Below, in pieces: positions 1 through 12,832 of a DNA stretch of 64,000 nucleotides. A program made the translations under genes and the position numbers. The notes under the pieces are model-generated. The model saw only the letters and a program-made list of their open reading frames with translations. It was not told the DNA's origin and made no database searches. The stretch comes from Octopus bimaculoides (Eukaryota): contig NC_068990.1 in the NCBI RefSeq assembly GCF_001194135.2, positions 4,214,502 to 4,278,501 on the forward strand. Direction: 5' to 3'. Positions within the stretch are counted from its first letter, which is position 1, and each line of letters opens with the position of its first letter.

Positions 1-291
1 CATTATTGAAGCATGACATCATAATTGGAATTACTTGAAAGTTGTAACTTCATAGAATAAAATAATTGCTTTATATTGCATTGAACACTGCGATTTGACA
101 CTATGCTGACTCAGCCATCTGCAACTGCAGCCTGTTCACCATAAATGCTATGTCATAATATCATTGACGACATAACTGTAATAAAATGAAGGATTTACTG
201 GATATTTAAAAATTGCTATTCAACATCTCAATGAACTTTCTTGTTGAAAGAATTGAGTGGTCATATACTGAATGAATGAATCACTCTTAGG

Positions 292-341
<50 letters not shown>

Positions 342-1223
342 AGTGAGGCAGACAGATAAACAGAGGAGGAAGAGAGAACTATGGACAGCAGAATGAATAG
401 AGTGATTGACAAAAAGCCTTGGAGTATTTAGTCATTTCTCTTCATGCTCTCTGTTCAAATCTGACTAAACTCAACTTTGACTTTCTTACTTCCAGAGTTG
501 ATAAAATTAATTAGGTGCCATTTAATTGAATGCTTCCCTCTCCAACAAAATTGTGGCTTTGTGTGTCTATGCTAGAAATATATTACTTTTAGAGAGTTGG
601 GTGGTTTGGTAGTTATGGTAAATGCTTCAGTCTAAATGCCTTCCAGCAGTTAATCTTGACCTATGTTCTGCCAGGCTTAATTTTACTATTCACTGTTTTA
701 GACTTTATATTATAAATATCAGTAATGTGATGAGGATTGATTCAAATAGCTGAGTACAGTACTGGCTGTGAGGTTGAAATATTCACTTTGAAACTGGACG
801 GTTCTAGGTTTGATTCTGCTACTTGACACTCAGAGTATTCGGTTTATTTATTCACATTGTTTTCAATTAATCATACATTATTTTGTAGTTTTGAGATATT
901 GAAGATGCATTTGTTTAATTTTGGAATGACATTGCAGAGTAGTTGTGAAAAGCTTGATTTAGTCAGTTTGAACACAAAGCAAGTAGAATATCTGGACCCG
1001 AAATGGCCGGTTTGAATGCTAAAGGGTTGAACAAATATTAGAAAATTAGCAGAAGTATGTTATCGTTAGCAACATTGGTGTTGTAAGAAGAACAAAGGGA
1101 AGGAAATTCAATACATGTATAGAGGTATAGAGTATATATTTATGATTTAGGGAATTGAAAACAGTTTTTTTACAGTGACCGATTAGTTTCATCTCAGAAT
1201 AAAAACTTATTGCATGTGTGTGT

Positions 1224-1258
<35 letters not shown>

Positions 1259-1421
1259 ATGGGCTTCTTCCAGTTTCTGTTTATGAAATCTACTGATAAA
1301 GCTTTATCCAGCCTAGGACTATAGTAAGAAACATGTATTCAAGGTGCCACACAGTGGGACTAAACCCCAAACCTTGCAGTTGGGAAGCAAACTTTTCAAG
1401 CATACAGCTGTGCGTGTACTT

Positions 1422-1468
<47 letters not shown>

Positions 1469-2740
1469 CCTTTTCCCTTGGTTTGTATAGATCTCTGTCT
1501 CATGCTCCTTGGTTTGTGTATGTGAGATATTGCCGTTTCGAGATTAAGTGATTGCTCTACTTTACACCGGGAAGATTTTTCTCACCACTGAACTTAATGA
1601 AACTAGTAGACAAGCAAATGAGTAATCCTGTATTTGATCGCTCAGCTTGCTTGAAATAACAGCCAAATGTCCATCAAATTTCACTTTGTCCCATCATCTG
1701 AAAAAAAGCAAGGTACATATTAGATGATGTAGTCTTAGATATGCAATGCCAGTATGAAGAAAGATTATCATGGCAAAAATACATTTGATTATAGATCAGC
1801 TAAGTCATGATTGATCAATGATTAAACTATAAAAACAAACAACAGATCAAAGGAGAATCCACCGGAGTCTGTTGCTTTGCCATCAGCTGAATAATTTGAA
1901 AGCCAACAGGCAATATATGAGAGGAGCTGTGGACCAGGGGATCAAAGCATCATTGGCAATGAGCTACAAACAGTATATCAAGGAATAGACTTCCCTTGCT
2001 GGCTCTGATTTCCATACTGTGATGGCCATGATGACATATAATCCAACCAGCTTTTTGATCCTCTCATAAATAAGGATATGAGAATAATATGAGACTTGAA
2101 GGAATTGGGAGAATTCTTGCCAGATTTGGCAATAATTATACTAATTTACTATTTTCAGAGTAAGTCTTGGGCAATAGGGTATTTCATCATGTGAAACGCC
2201 ATTTGATATATTTATTGATCGATTTTAATATAGAATATACTTGGGTTTAATTTTTGCTTGTTTGTTTGTGATAACAGCATCAACACGTGGGAACTTATTA
2301 AAGTACACCATTTCAATCTAGCTATTCTTCTGTAGGCTTCTTAATTTACAAAAACAAAAACAAAAAAAATTCTGTTCTTTGTTTTGCATTTCCTTGACAT
2401 TACAACACGAGGGAGTGAAAGAAAAGGACAGAAGCTATAGAAATACGGGGATAGTGACAGAGGAAGAGTAAGGAGAGAGAGAGAGAGAGAGAGAGAGAGC
2501 AATGTGGTGAGTAAAGAAGGAGAGGTTATTAACCATTTGTGACATTATCAGCTTACAGATTCTTTTGAACAGATTGACATATTAATGCAGTTAGGATCTG
2601 CAGCTGTTTATGTCTTAAGTGAGTGTTTGAAGTAGCTGACATGGAACACAGATACAAGGAAATAATAATAATAATGATAATAATAATAATAATAATAATG
2701 GGACAAGGCAACACTTTAACAAATAATACATATCATATAT

Positions 2741-3077
2741 NNNNNNNNNNNNNNNNNNNNNNNNNNNNNNNNNNNNNNNNNNNNNNNNNNNNNNNNNNNN
2801 NNNNNNNNNNNNNNNNNNNNNNNNNNNNNNNNNNNNNNNNNNNNNNNNNNNNNNNNNNNNNNNNNNNNNNNNNNNNNNNNNNNNNNNNNNNNNNNNNNNN
2901 NNNNNNNNNNNNNNNNNNNNNNNNNNNNNNNNNNNNNNNNNNNNNNNNNNNNNNNNNNNNNNNNNNNNNNNNNNNNNNNNNNNNNNNNNNNNNNNNNNNN
3001 NNNNNNNNNNNNNNNNNNNNNNNNNNNNNNNNNNNNNNNNNNNNNNNNNNNNNNNNNNNNNNNNNNNNNNNNNNNNN
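2741..3077. other. Assembly gap (N). Other gaps: 26541-26825, 59191-59233, 63161-63331
   Basis: Runs of N. Three of the four are flanked by (TA)n tracts. Confidence 0.99.
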
Positions 3078-3162
<85 letters not shown>

Positions 3163-3437
3163 GTTTGTGTATGCATGTATGTATGTATATCATTCTATGA
3201 ATTTTGTTGTTGAGTAGCTCCAAGGTATCCCTGATCAAGTGGACCCATGATAAATGTTTGTTCTAGCAATGAACATCATGTTTTCACTTTAGACATTATA
3301 TATATGTGTATATGTGTGTGTGTGTGTGTTTATATATATATATATATATGAATATATATCTATATCAATATGTATATATGTACATGCATATATATGTATA
3401 TGTATATATATATGTATATATATGTATGTATATATAA

Positions 3438-3497
<60 letters not shown>

Positions 3498-6169
3498 TTT
3501 ATTTATTCTTTTCAAATATTTACTACTGTACCAAGGATATTCTATTTCTACTCTGTTTATATGTGAGTGTGTGTGCGTATCCAGTTATATGCCATACCCA
3601 GTAATATATTTCTTGATGTTACAGAGGTGAATGTGAAGCATATAAATGAAAGGGAGAAGGAAGAATGAAAAAAAAAAGAGAGTAAAACGAGAAAAATGAT
3701 AAAATTTAACAAGCGAGTTCTGGGAGAGAAAAGAAATAACGAAAAAAAAATTTGAAGGAAAAGTGGAGAAAAATTATTACAATAAATCACCATTAAATTA
3801 AATATATATCAAACACAATGCAGGTGAAAGTTCATGGGGATATGCTACTGGTGCAAAGTCCTGGAAGATAGAAATGTCCATAATATGATGAGGAGGTGAT
3901 AATCGAAAATTTTTAGAAAACCAATAGATGTGTAAGCATATGATGGAGTTTTAAGCATTTATAATAGAAGAAAGGTAAAAGCAAAAGTCCTGAGAATTCT
4001 GGGAAATGGGGCTTGTGTATATAGAAATGGTGTAGGTGTAAAAAGAGAATGTGGGTAGGTGTGGATAAAAAAGTTTAAAAAGGAAAGAAATCTTTAGGGA
4101 AATGAGATAGCGGGTGAATGGCAGTGTGTGTATGTATGTGTTTGTGGAGAGTGGATATGTGAAGGTGAGCATGCATGACCATGAATATATGTAAGGGGGG
4201 GGGTGTATGGGTGCATGTGCGTCCCCCTCTGCCCTCAAATTTCAAGCCTTGTGCCTATAGTAGAAAGGATTATTATTATTATTGTTATTTGATGATGATG
4301 ATGATGATCATCATCATCTTCATTATTTAACGTCTCCTTTCCATGCTAGCATGGGTCAGATGGTTTGATAGTAGCTAGTGAGCTGGAGGACTGAGCCAAG
4401 CTCTACTGTCTGTTTTGGCATGGTTTCTACAGCTCAATGCTATTCTTAATGCCAACCCCTTTACAGCTTACACTGGGTGATTTTTTCTTTTTTATGTAAC
4501 GCCAGCACCATGATGGTCACGAATATTGATATGATAGTCATGGCTGGAATGGTTTTGATCAAAGATCTACTCAGTCAAGACTGACTCGGGGCTAAACCCG
4601 AACAACAAAAGTAAAGGGCATGACATTTTGTCCCACATAAATCAGTAAGAAGGTCCTTAAAAATTATTTGAAGCTTTTCTGAAATGATTAAACAGCAAAT
4701 ATTATTGTTTAAATTATAACACAAGCAAATCCAAATACCAAGTTTCTGGTAATTGACCCTCACACCAACCCTTAACCCCTCCACCAGAAGTCAGAGAGGG
4801 AGCCTTTTGTGGTTGCCTGACTTTTTCAAAGTTTTTCTTTTTTATCGTTTAGTAAGGATACAGAGCAAGTGCTTGTGATCGTTTTAAAGGCCTCTGAAAC
4901 TGTGAGAGGGAAGGGGAAGGTATGTTCAGAGGATAGACCTGGTCCTGGATACTTGCAGCTGCGTGGACCCTGCTAAAAGCACCTAAGTGCCAAATGGATG
5001 GTGCTAGAAACAGCAGCCAAATTTGTTTCAAATAACACTCTGCCATCTCAGAACAGGACATGTTGGATGATGTGGTCCCAGGTTTGATGGGGTGGTCATA
5101 GAGTGGAATGTCTTTGATCATAGGTGTGTTCACTCAGGATTGACCTATGAGTCAGTCCTGATTCATAAGTATCGCTGGTGTGGGTTGGACTAAACTAAAA
5201 CAAACAAGGACAACAACAATTCATTCATGTGAAACAATAAAGCAATAAAACTACTCAAGCTAATGGGGAAAAGCAACAGAGAGAGAGAATTCTTATACAG
5301 TCAATCGATCTACTAGTATCAGCAGCCAAATAACATTCAAATTACACCCTTATCAATAAATACTTTCTTTAAAAAAGTGAAAATACACATTGAACCATGT
5401 AGTTCTAGAGACACTCGCACCACTGAATTAAATAAATAAATAAATAATTAAAAAGGAAAATGTGATGAGATGGTCACAGCTGAAGTGTCTTTCATTATAG
5501 ATTTGTTTGATCTGGTCTGATCTGATAGTAAACAAAGGAAAATATAAAATCAACTTTCTAATCTTGTTATAGTTGATAATATTTTCTTGTGTTTTTAAAA
5601 ATTAATTTGATAATTTTTGATTAATCTTTTGAATTTAATCTCTCAGTAAAAAGATTAAGGCACAATTGTTGTGCTAAGGTTAAGGTGTTGAACTACTGAC
5701 TTGGTGTTATAAGTTTAAATCTTAATTTTAAGTTATTTTGTTAAAACTTCATCCCTTCCCCTGAGAAAAGACATGCATGTACCTCTAGTTTTCTTGAATG
5801 TAAGAAGGGAAAACAGACCCCCCCGCAAAGAAAAAGTTTGAGTGGTTGGCATTAGGATGGTGGTGGAAGTGAGGTTGCTCATTTAGCTGTAAAATCAATT
5901 GTTTCAATAAAATCATTATCTCAGTCATGCAACTGTAGAGAAAAATAACAATCAATAAAAAAAACAACTTTTTTTTTGTAAAAAAAATTGAAAAGCAAAC
6001 AAAATAAATTAGCAATAAAAATAATTGTGTTTTTGCTCCGACATCTGGGACTTTGCTGCTGTTACACAAACAAATATCTTAGGCTGCATGCAAAACAAAA
6101 GATGTTCCAAATGATTGACACAGAGGTCACTCATTAAACATTCCAGACTCTAACCTAATTACAATAAAT

Positions 6170-6324
6170 GTAGGCATGGCTATAGGGTAAAAAGCTTGCT
6201 TCTTAAGCACATGATTCCAGGTTCAGTCTCACTACATGGCATCTGGGGAAAGTATCTTCTACTATGGCCTTGGGCCGACCAAAGCCTTGTAAATGGATTT
6301 GGTAGATGGAAACTGAAAGAAGCT

Positions 6325-6356
<32 letters not shown>

Positions 6357-6555
6357 GTTTTTGTGTCTGTGTTTGTCCCTCATCACTACTTGACAACCAG
6401 TGTTAGTGTGTTTATGTCCCTGTAACTTAGCAGTGCGGTAAAAGTGACTGATACAATGAGTACTAGGTTTAAAAAGAAAAAAATGCTTGACTGAAATTTT
6501 TCAAAGTGGTGCCCCTGCATGGCTGTAGTCAAATGACAAAAACAAGTAAAAGATC
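6170..6555 (+). mobile_element. tRNA-derived SINE family A (head, (TA)n/(TG)n middle, GGTGCTCCAGCATGGC tail). Other copies at about 1225-1400(-), 7972-8200(+), 10885-11036 with 11375-11670(+), 11850-11965(-), 15178-15300(+), 21965-22120(-), 61750-61900(+), 62570-62780(+)
   Basis: Many mutually similar copies within the window; B-box-like GGTTCAGTC. Boundaries approximate. Confidence 0.8.
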
Positions 6556-6609
6556 ACACAAACAGAAGTCACTCTGTAGGATGAACTATAGTTACCTTCT
6601 GATTCTGTG

Positions 6610-7887
6610 TCATAAGTTGTTCCGAAAATAATGGCTGATTCCAGAAACAATTTTATTCTGGAGAAATTATCAATAGAAATGTTTTGATTAGTCAAAGTAT
6701 GAGCCATGAACATCTATGCTTCTCTGCCATCAATCAACAAGATTATTTATACCTCGTTGATAAAAACTTATTGGCTTTGATGCTAAGAAATCTTTGAAAG
6801 CTGATTCCACCTCTGGCTTGGACCTGAAAGTTTTATCACTCAAAAACGTGTTTAAATGCTTAAAAGAATGGTAATCAGTGGCGAAAGATCAGGAGAATGT
6901 GAAGGATGTGGTAAAGTCTCATATTCCAAGTCTGTGAGTTTCTGCAGCACCATTCTTGCAACATGTGGCTTTACATTATCGTGAAGCAGAATTGGGCCAC
7001 ACCATTCACCAATGCGGGCCGCATTTTTTGCAAGTGAGCATGCATTTCAGTGAATTGATTGCAGTAAACCTGTAGTGCTCTGATTGGCTTCCAGAAAGCT
7101 GTAATGGACAACACCAATTGCAGATCACCAGACAGTTACCATAATCTTTTGCTGATGCAACTTTGGCTTTCGGAAATGTTTTGGGGGACTCATCACAATC
7201 AAGCTATTGAACTGATCATTTACAGTTATCATAAAGGATCCACTTTTCATCACAAGTGACTACTCGGTCCAGGAAAGATCATTGATGTTTCACAGAAAGA
7301 GCATTGAGCACACTTCAGAATGCCAAACATTTTGATTTTTTTTGAGCTCATGCAATACCTATTTATCAAGCTTTTTCACCTTACTAGTCTTCTGCAGATT
7401 GCGTGAGACCGTTGTAATACTGACACCAAGTGCCTGAGACATTTCTCTGACACTTTGACATGGGTTTTGTTCAACAGTTGCTTTCAATTGTTCATTGTCA
7501 AGACTTCATGACCGTCCTCTACCTTCTTCATCTTCAAGGCTCTCATCACCACTACAGAATTTATGAAACCACCTTCGTACAGTGCAATCACTTGTGAACC
7601 TCTTTCCCCATGCTCTGTTGATATCGGCAGCATTTTGGGAGGCATTGTGCCCAAGCTTGAACTCATGCAAGAAAAGTAAGCGAAGGTCTTTTTTTGTCAT
7701 GTTCATAATCAAGGTACCTATGCTTCAAGAATGTTTTCTGTCTGAAATAAGTAAAAAATTATTAAAGAGCATACATCAATTATTAAGTATGTCAAAATTC
7801 ATCAAAAATATAATTAAAATACTATGATAAAATTGCGTTTAAAAACACAACACATAGAGCGGCTATTATTTTCAGAACAACCTAATA
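6610..7887 (-). mobile_element. Full-length degenerate mariner (Hsmar1/SETMAR-like) DNA transposon
   Basis: Transposase remnant 7712-6688. N-terminus KKDLRLLFLHEFKLGHNASQ...TVRRWFHKFCSGDESLEDEEGRGR; HP-HSPDLSP-DY motif with a frameshift; C-terminus WQRSIDVHGSYFD*. Imperfect 26-bp TIRs at 6610-6635 and 7862-7887 (21/26 identical). Length about 1.28 kb. Multiple stops and frameshifts. Confidence 0.9.
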
Positions 7888-9146
7888 ACTATTTTGTTTT
7901 CCAATCATATTCTGTTTCAGTCTTATCCTTCTGAAATGACCAAGCACCTTCCCTGTCAAAATGCATATGTGCAAGTGTGGCTGTGTGGTTAAGAAGCTAT
8001 CTTCTCAACTAAGTGGTTACAGGTTCAGTTCTACTTCTACTGTATGGCACTCTGGACAAATGCCTTCTGTTATAGATCCAGTCTAACCCAAATCTTGCGA
8101 GTAAACTTGGTAGATGGAAACAGAAAGAAGCCTGTTGTATGTGTGCAAGTGTGAGTGTGGTGTATTTGTGTGTGTGTGTGTGTGTGTACTCTTGTCTTGA
8201 CCTCATATGGTGAAAGCATGCGGCCTAGTGTTTAGGTTATTCAGCTCGTGACTGTAAGATTGTGAGTTTGATGGCCAGTGATTCATTGTATCCTTGAACA
8301 AAACACTTTACTTCACAATTCTCCAGTCCACTCAGTGGGCAAAAATGCGCTGTACCAGTATTTTAAAGAACCAGCCTTGTCACATTCTGTGTCATGCTGA
8401 ATCTCCCTGAGAACTACATTAAGGGTATGCGTGTCTGTGGAGTGCTCAGCCACTTGCATGTTAATTTTACGAGGGGGCTGTTCCGTTGATCGGATCAACT
8501 GGAACACTTGTCATTGTAACTGACAGAGTGCCAGTTTCTCAAAGATTTGGAGACCTAGGTTGTTGAAGAAATTGTGAAGGTTCTTATAGAATCTGTAAAT
8601 TGACAGTTGCAAATGCTGATAGTGAAGAGGCCATTGTCACAAAAGGAGACGATAGTCTGATGTTGGAACACTTGTCATCATAACCAACAAAGCATCAATT
8701 TTCTTTTTAACATCATATGATGGTTGTAAACTAGTATCACTGACGTACGAACAATGTTATCTGTTTCTAGTCATTCATGAAAAACAGTTCTGGCCATGAG
8801 AAAATATTAACTTGCTCGGAAATATGTGAGGGTTGGTGAGAAGGAAGGTATCCTTCTGTAAAAAAATCTGTTTCAGCAAATTCCATCTGATTCAAGCAAG
8901 GATAGAAGATCATCATCATCGTTTAACATCCGCTTTCCATGCTAGCATGGGCTGGACGATTTGACTGAGGACTGGTGGACCAGATGGCTACACCAGGCTC
9001 CAATCTGATTTGGCAGAGTTTCTACAGCTGGATGCCCTTCCTAACACCAACCACTTCGAGAGTGTAGATTAAAAGTAGATGTTAAATGATGGTGATGATG
9101 ATGATGAAATACAACACATCGTCATTCTGACAAAATGTTGTATATT

Positions 9147-9203
<57 letters not shown>

Positions 9204-10266
9204 TGTATATTTATATATACAGATCATAGAACAATATCTACAATGAGTCAATGAGAATTTACAAGAAATAACAACCACATATCTCTCAAATCACACCATA
9301 CTGTTTTCAATAATGACCAGCAAGGTCACAGTTCAATAACTAATACAAGTAAAAGATGAAAGATGAGTAAAGCAGAATTTATACATATTCTCATGTTCAA
9401 AACTTCTGACAAAGTAAACGAAATACATGGTACATTTTAAAATGGCTGTATTTCCGTTTTGTTTTGTCTTGTTGTTTTTAAACAATAGTCATGTTCTTGG
9501 TTTTGTTATGAGAATTCTTCCAGTGATTTGCCGCAAACAAAGTCTATCTAAAAATAGCACTAAAGAAAAATAAAACAGAAATAAATAGCTTACTAGGAAC
9601 ATATGCTTAATTAATCCTCAACAGAACCTGATTTATCAATACGTAATAATTTCCAAACAGCATGACTCAAGCTTAACAAATCTATAGAAAAATAAGCAGT
9701 ATATATAGAAAATCAGTTGAAAATACTTGAGGAATGGATAAGAACAGCTGCTCTTTGTTTATATTCCATTACTGTTTGTTTTTTTTTTATGATTGATTCT
9801 AAAATACATAGGAAAATGCAGCACATCTTCATTCTGAAGAAACTTGAATAAATGAGTTAATATGTTATGATACATTGTATATGTATGTATATACATCATG
9901 TGTATATGTTGTGTGTACATATGTGAATGTGTGTGTGTGGTTACAGGAGATAAGGTTGGACAACTGTTGTGCTGACGATGGTTTTTGAACCAGAAATATG
10001 TGCTGAGGACTTACTTCTTACCTCCAAGCAATAAGTCTATCGTTTTCCTTGATGCCATGTAAACTTGGGAGAATTCTTGAATCTGGACATTAACTCCACT
10101 TCACATAGTGGAGATGTTCATAATTGGCATTTGGTAATTATAATACATCCTCTAGATTTGGAGATTAATTTTTTTTTTAAATCAAGAACTTCTGTTGTAT
10201 GGTATTTGGTATACCTGTATTTGTCCATGTTGTTCAAATATATGCCACTGCCCACTCTAAGTTGAA

Positions 10267-10880
10267 AGAAACTCAGGGAAAGCATAACAGCAGGTAGTCC
10301 TGAGAGGAGAAACCCCTCCTTTAGGGAAGTGTTTCAGCCCTTAACTCCTGACACTCTAATGGGAGGGTAGGGCCACATCTGAGTCATGATTCCCGGATGT
10401 CCACCTGCTGTTCGTTTTAGTATGCCTTAGGTGGGATTGGTTTTTCTGGTTTCTAGCACTGCTGTGACATGTGCTGCGGCTTTGAGAAATGCTAAGTACC
10501 CATTTCCAGCTGGGTACAACCCAGGTGTGAGGGTTCTTTTTTCACACGGTGCCAGCGGGATTCAAACCCGGATCACCGGCTCCAGAGGCTCAGGCCTACA
10601 CGACAACGCGAATCTGGTACTCGCTTGAATTAGGGCAGATTAAGCCTTTTGAATTTGGCTTTTGTTCCTCCTAGACCAGATCCAGCTTGAGGCCTTCTCC
10701 ACTGCTTCTCCCATGGCCGTCCATATTCTAGTCCTGCTCCTTCCAGAGATGGACCCCCTGACGCCAACCTCGACTGTGGAGACTTTGGTTTTGAGTCCAG
10801 TGTCCCTCAGGTCTCTGGCCAAGTCAGTGTACTTTTCTGTCTTGTAGACATGGGCATCTTCACTCCTGGTTTCGATAATA
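10267..10880 (-). mobile_element. 3' end of a HERO-like (RLE-endonuclease) non-LTR retrotransposon, with a SINE-like insert in the 3' UTR
   Basis: ORF 10640-10918 contains AHVYKTEKYTDLARDL...VEVGVRG...AVEKASSWIWSRR, the RLE C-terminal pattern (K..KY..L, vEVG.RG, A.W.W..R). The distal 135 nt match 33804-33927. Confidence 0.75.
10460..10624 (-). mobile_element. tRNA-Gln(CTG)-derived SINE head plus core
   Basis: Minus strand CTGAGCCTCTGGAGCCGGTGATCCGGGTTTGAATCCCGCTGGCACC resembles the 3' half of tRNA-Gln(CUG), with B box GGTTTGAATCC. It is followed by a core-like CCCAGCTGGAAATGGGTAC. Confidence 0.6.
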
Positions 10881-11040
10881 GGAACAGCTGTGTGGTAAGT
10901 AGCTAGCTTACCAATCACATGGTTTCGGGTTCAGTCCCATTGTGTGGCACCTTGGACTATAGCTTCACTATAGCCTCAGACCAACCAAAGCCTTGTGAGT
11001 GGATTTGGTAGACGGAAACTGAAAGAAGCCTGTCATATAT

Positions 11041-11372
11041 ATTTTACGGAGATGTACTTGCATAGCAAGTGAGCTGATCTGAGACTGTGTGCTGAAACAA
11101 AAACAATTGCAGAGTGGAAGGTGTCTATAAGCCATTTAAAAATACACAAAAACCGTTAGATTCACTTCAACATTTAAATTTAATTTGCCAAAATATTTTC
11201 GTTGCTTTGAGACTGTGACCTGATCTCTGACAAAATTCCGTGCAGCTTGGAATTTTGTCAGTGATCAGGATCTCAGTCTCAAAGTGACGAAAATATTTTG
11301 GCAAATTAAGTTTAAATGTTGAAGTGAATCTAATGTTTTTTGTGGACTTTAAAATGGCTTATAAACACCTTC
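11041..11372. mobile_element. Fold-back (palindromic) MITE-like element
   Basis: Arms of about 122 bp (11117-11239 and 11249-11372) are near-perfect inverted repeats around a 9-nt loop. It separates a SINE 5' half from a 3' half. Confidence 0.8.
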
Positions 11373-11395
11373 TATGCTGAATTTGTTTGTGTGTG

Positions 11396-11444
<49 letters not shown>

Positions 11445-11775
11445 TGTGTGTGTATATGTTTGTGTGTCTGTGTTTGGCCCCCAACCATCGCTTGACAACC
11501 AATGTTGGTGTGTTTACATCCCCATAACTGAGCAGTTCGGCAAAAGGATACTGATAGAATAAGTACTAGGCTTACAAAGAATAAGTCCTGGGGTCCGTTT
11601 GTTTGACTAAAGGCAATGCTCCAGCATGACTGCAGTCAAATGACACAAACAAATAAAAGAATAAACAAAGTAAAAACTGTACATACGTACATACATATAT
11701 ACATACATACGTATGTACATACATATGTACATACATACATAGTACATGCATGCATACATATATACATACATACAT

Positions 11776-11850
<75 letters not shown>

Positions 11851-12065
11851 TATGACAGGTTTCTTTCAGTTTCTGTGTACAAAATCTACTCACAAGGCTT
11901 TGGTCAGCTTAGGTCTATAGAAGAACATACTTGCTGCAGGTGTCACGCTGTGGGATTGAACCCTCAAAACGTTCAATTTACTTGATAACATCATGGAAAA
12001 GCAAATGTAAAAACGATGATTACAATGATGATGACTTATATATATTAAAACTCAAAAAGAATCAG

Positions 12066-12370
12066 GCCTGAGCTTGATAAGCCCTAGTCTAGATTGGCTC
12101 TCAGCTTGGTCTGAGTCAAATGAACTTTGAACTAGATCAACTCTTAGCTACATCAGCTCTGAGCTAGATGTACCCTGGGTAATATTAGTGCTGTGCAATA
12201 TCAACCCTGAGCTAGATCAGCCCTGAGCTAGTTCAACCTTGAGTTAGATCAACCCCTGAACTACATCAGCCCTGAGCCAGATCAGCCTTGAGCTATATCA
12301 ACCCCGAGCTAGATTAATCATGAACTACATCAACCCTGAACAAGATCAGCCCTGAGCTAGACCATCCTTG
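12066..12370. repeat. Degenerate 16-bp minisatellite, consensus CCCTGAGCTAGATCA(G/A)
   Basis: At least 10 readable tandem units at 12205-12370, with more degenerate units upstream. Confidence 0.85.
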
Positions 12371-12785
12371 AGGCTTTCCGGATGAAACACTTCTTTTTTC
12401 AGCCACAATGTACCTTGGACCACATCATACAAGACAGTAAGGATATGAAGGGAAATTGACCCCTAATTCTTGCAATTTGAGACATCATGGAAGAGTTTGC
12501 TTATTTGCTTTGATATAAATAGTTACAAGCAGTCCCAAGCCTGAACTTGGGACTTGATACAGCAACTTGATTAGGAACTTGAACTTAATACAGAGAAGCT
12601 ACTGATATTTTGCTTTCAATTTTACAACAATCCTGATATTTATAGTGTTGAACAGTAATTAACCATAGTACCTTGTTACTCGTAACCAGATGTGAATCAC
12701 TAAATTGCTTGCAAATGTTCAGCTGGTGCTCTGTAGAGTTAGGTATCTGTAACTCTTAGCAACTGGAAGACACTTGTTGACAAAA

Positions 12786-12832
<47 letters not shown>

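Noticed and set aside
10548-10624. Functional tRNA-Gln gene
   Set aside because: The D arm and anticodon stem are degenerate and it continues into a SINE core, so it is treated as a SINE head.
12066-12370. CRISPR-like array
   Set aside because: The units are contiguous with no unique spacers, there are no cas genes, and the context is eukaryotic.
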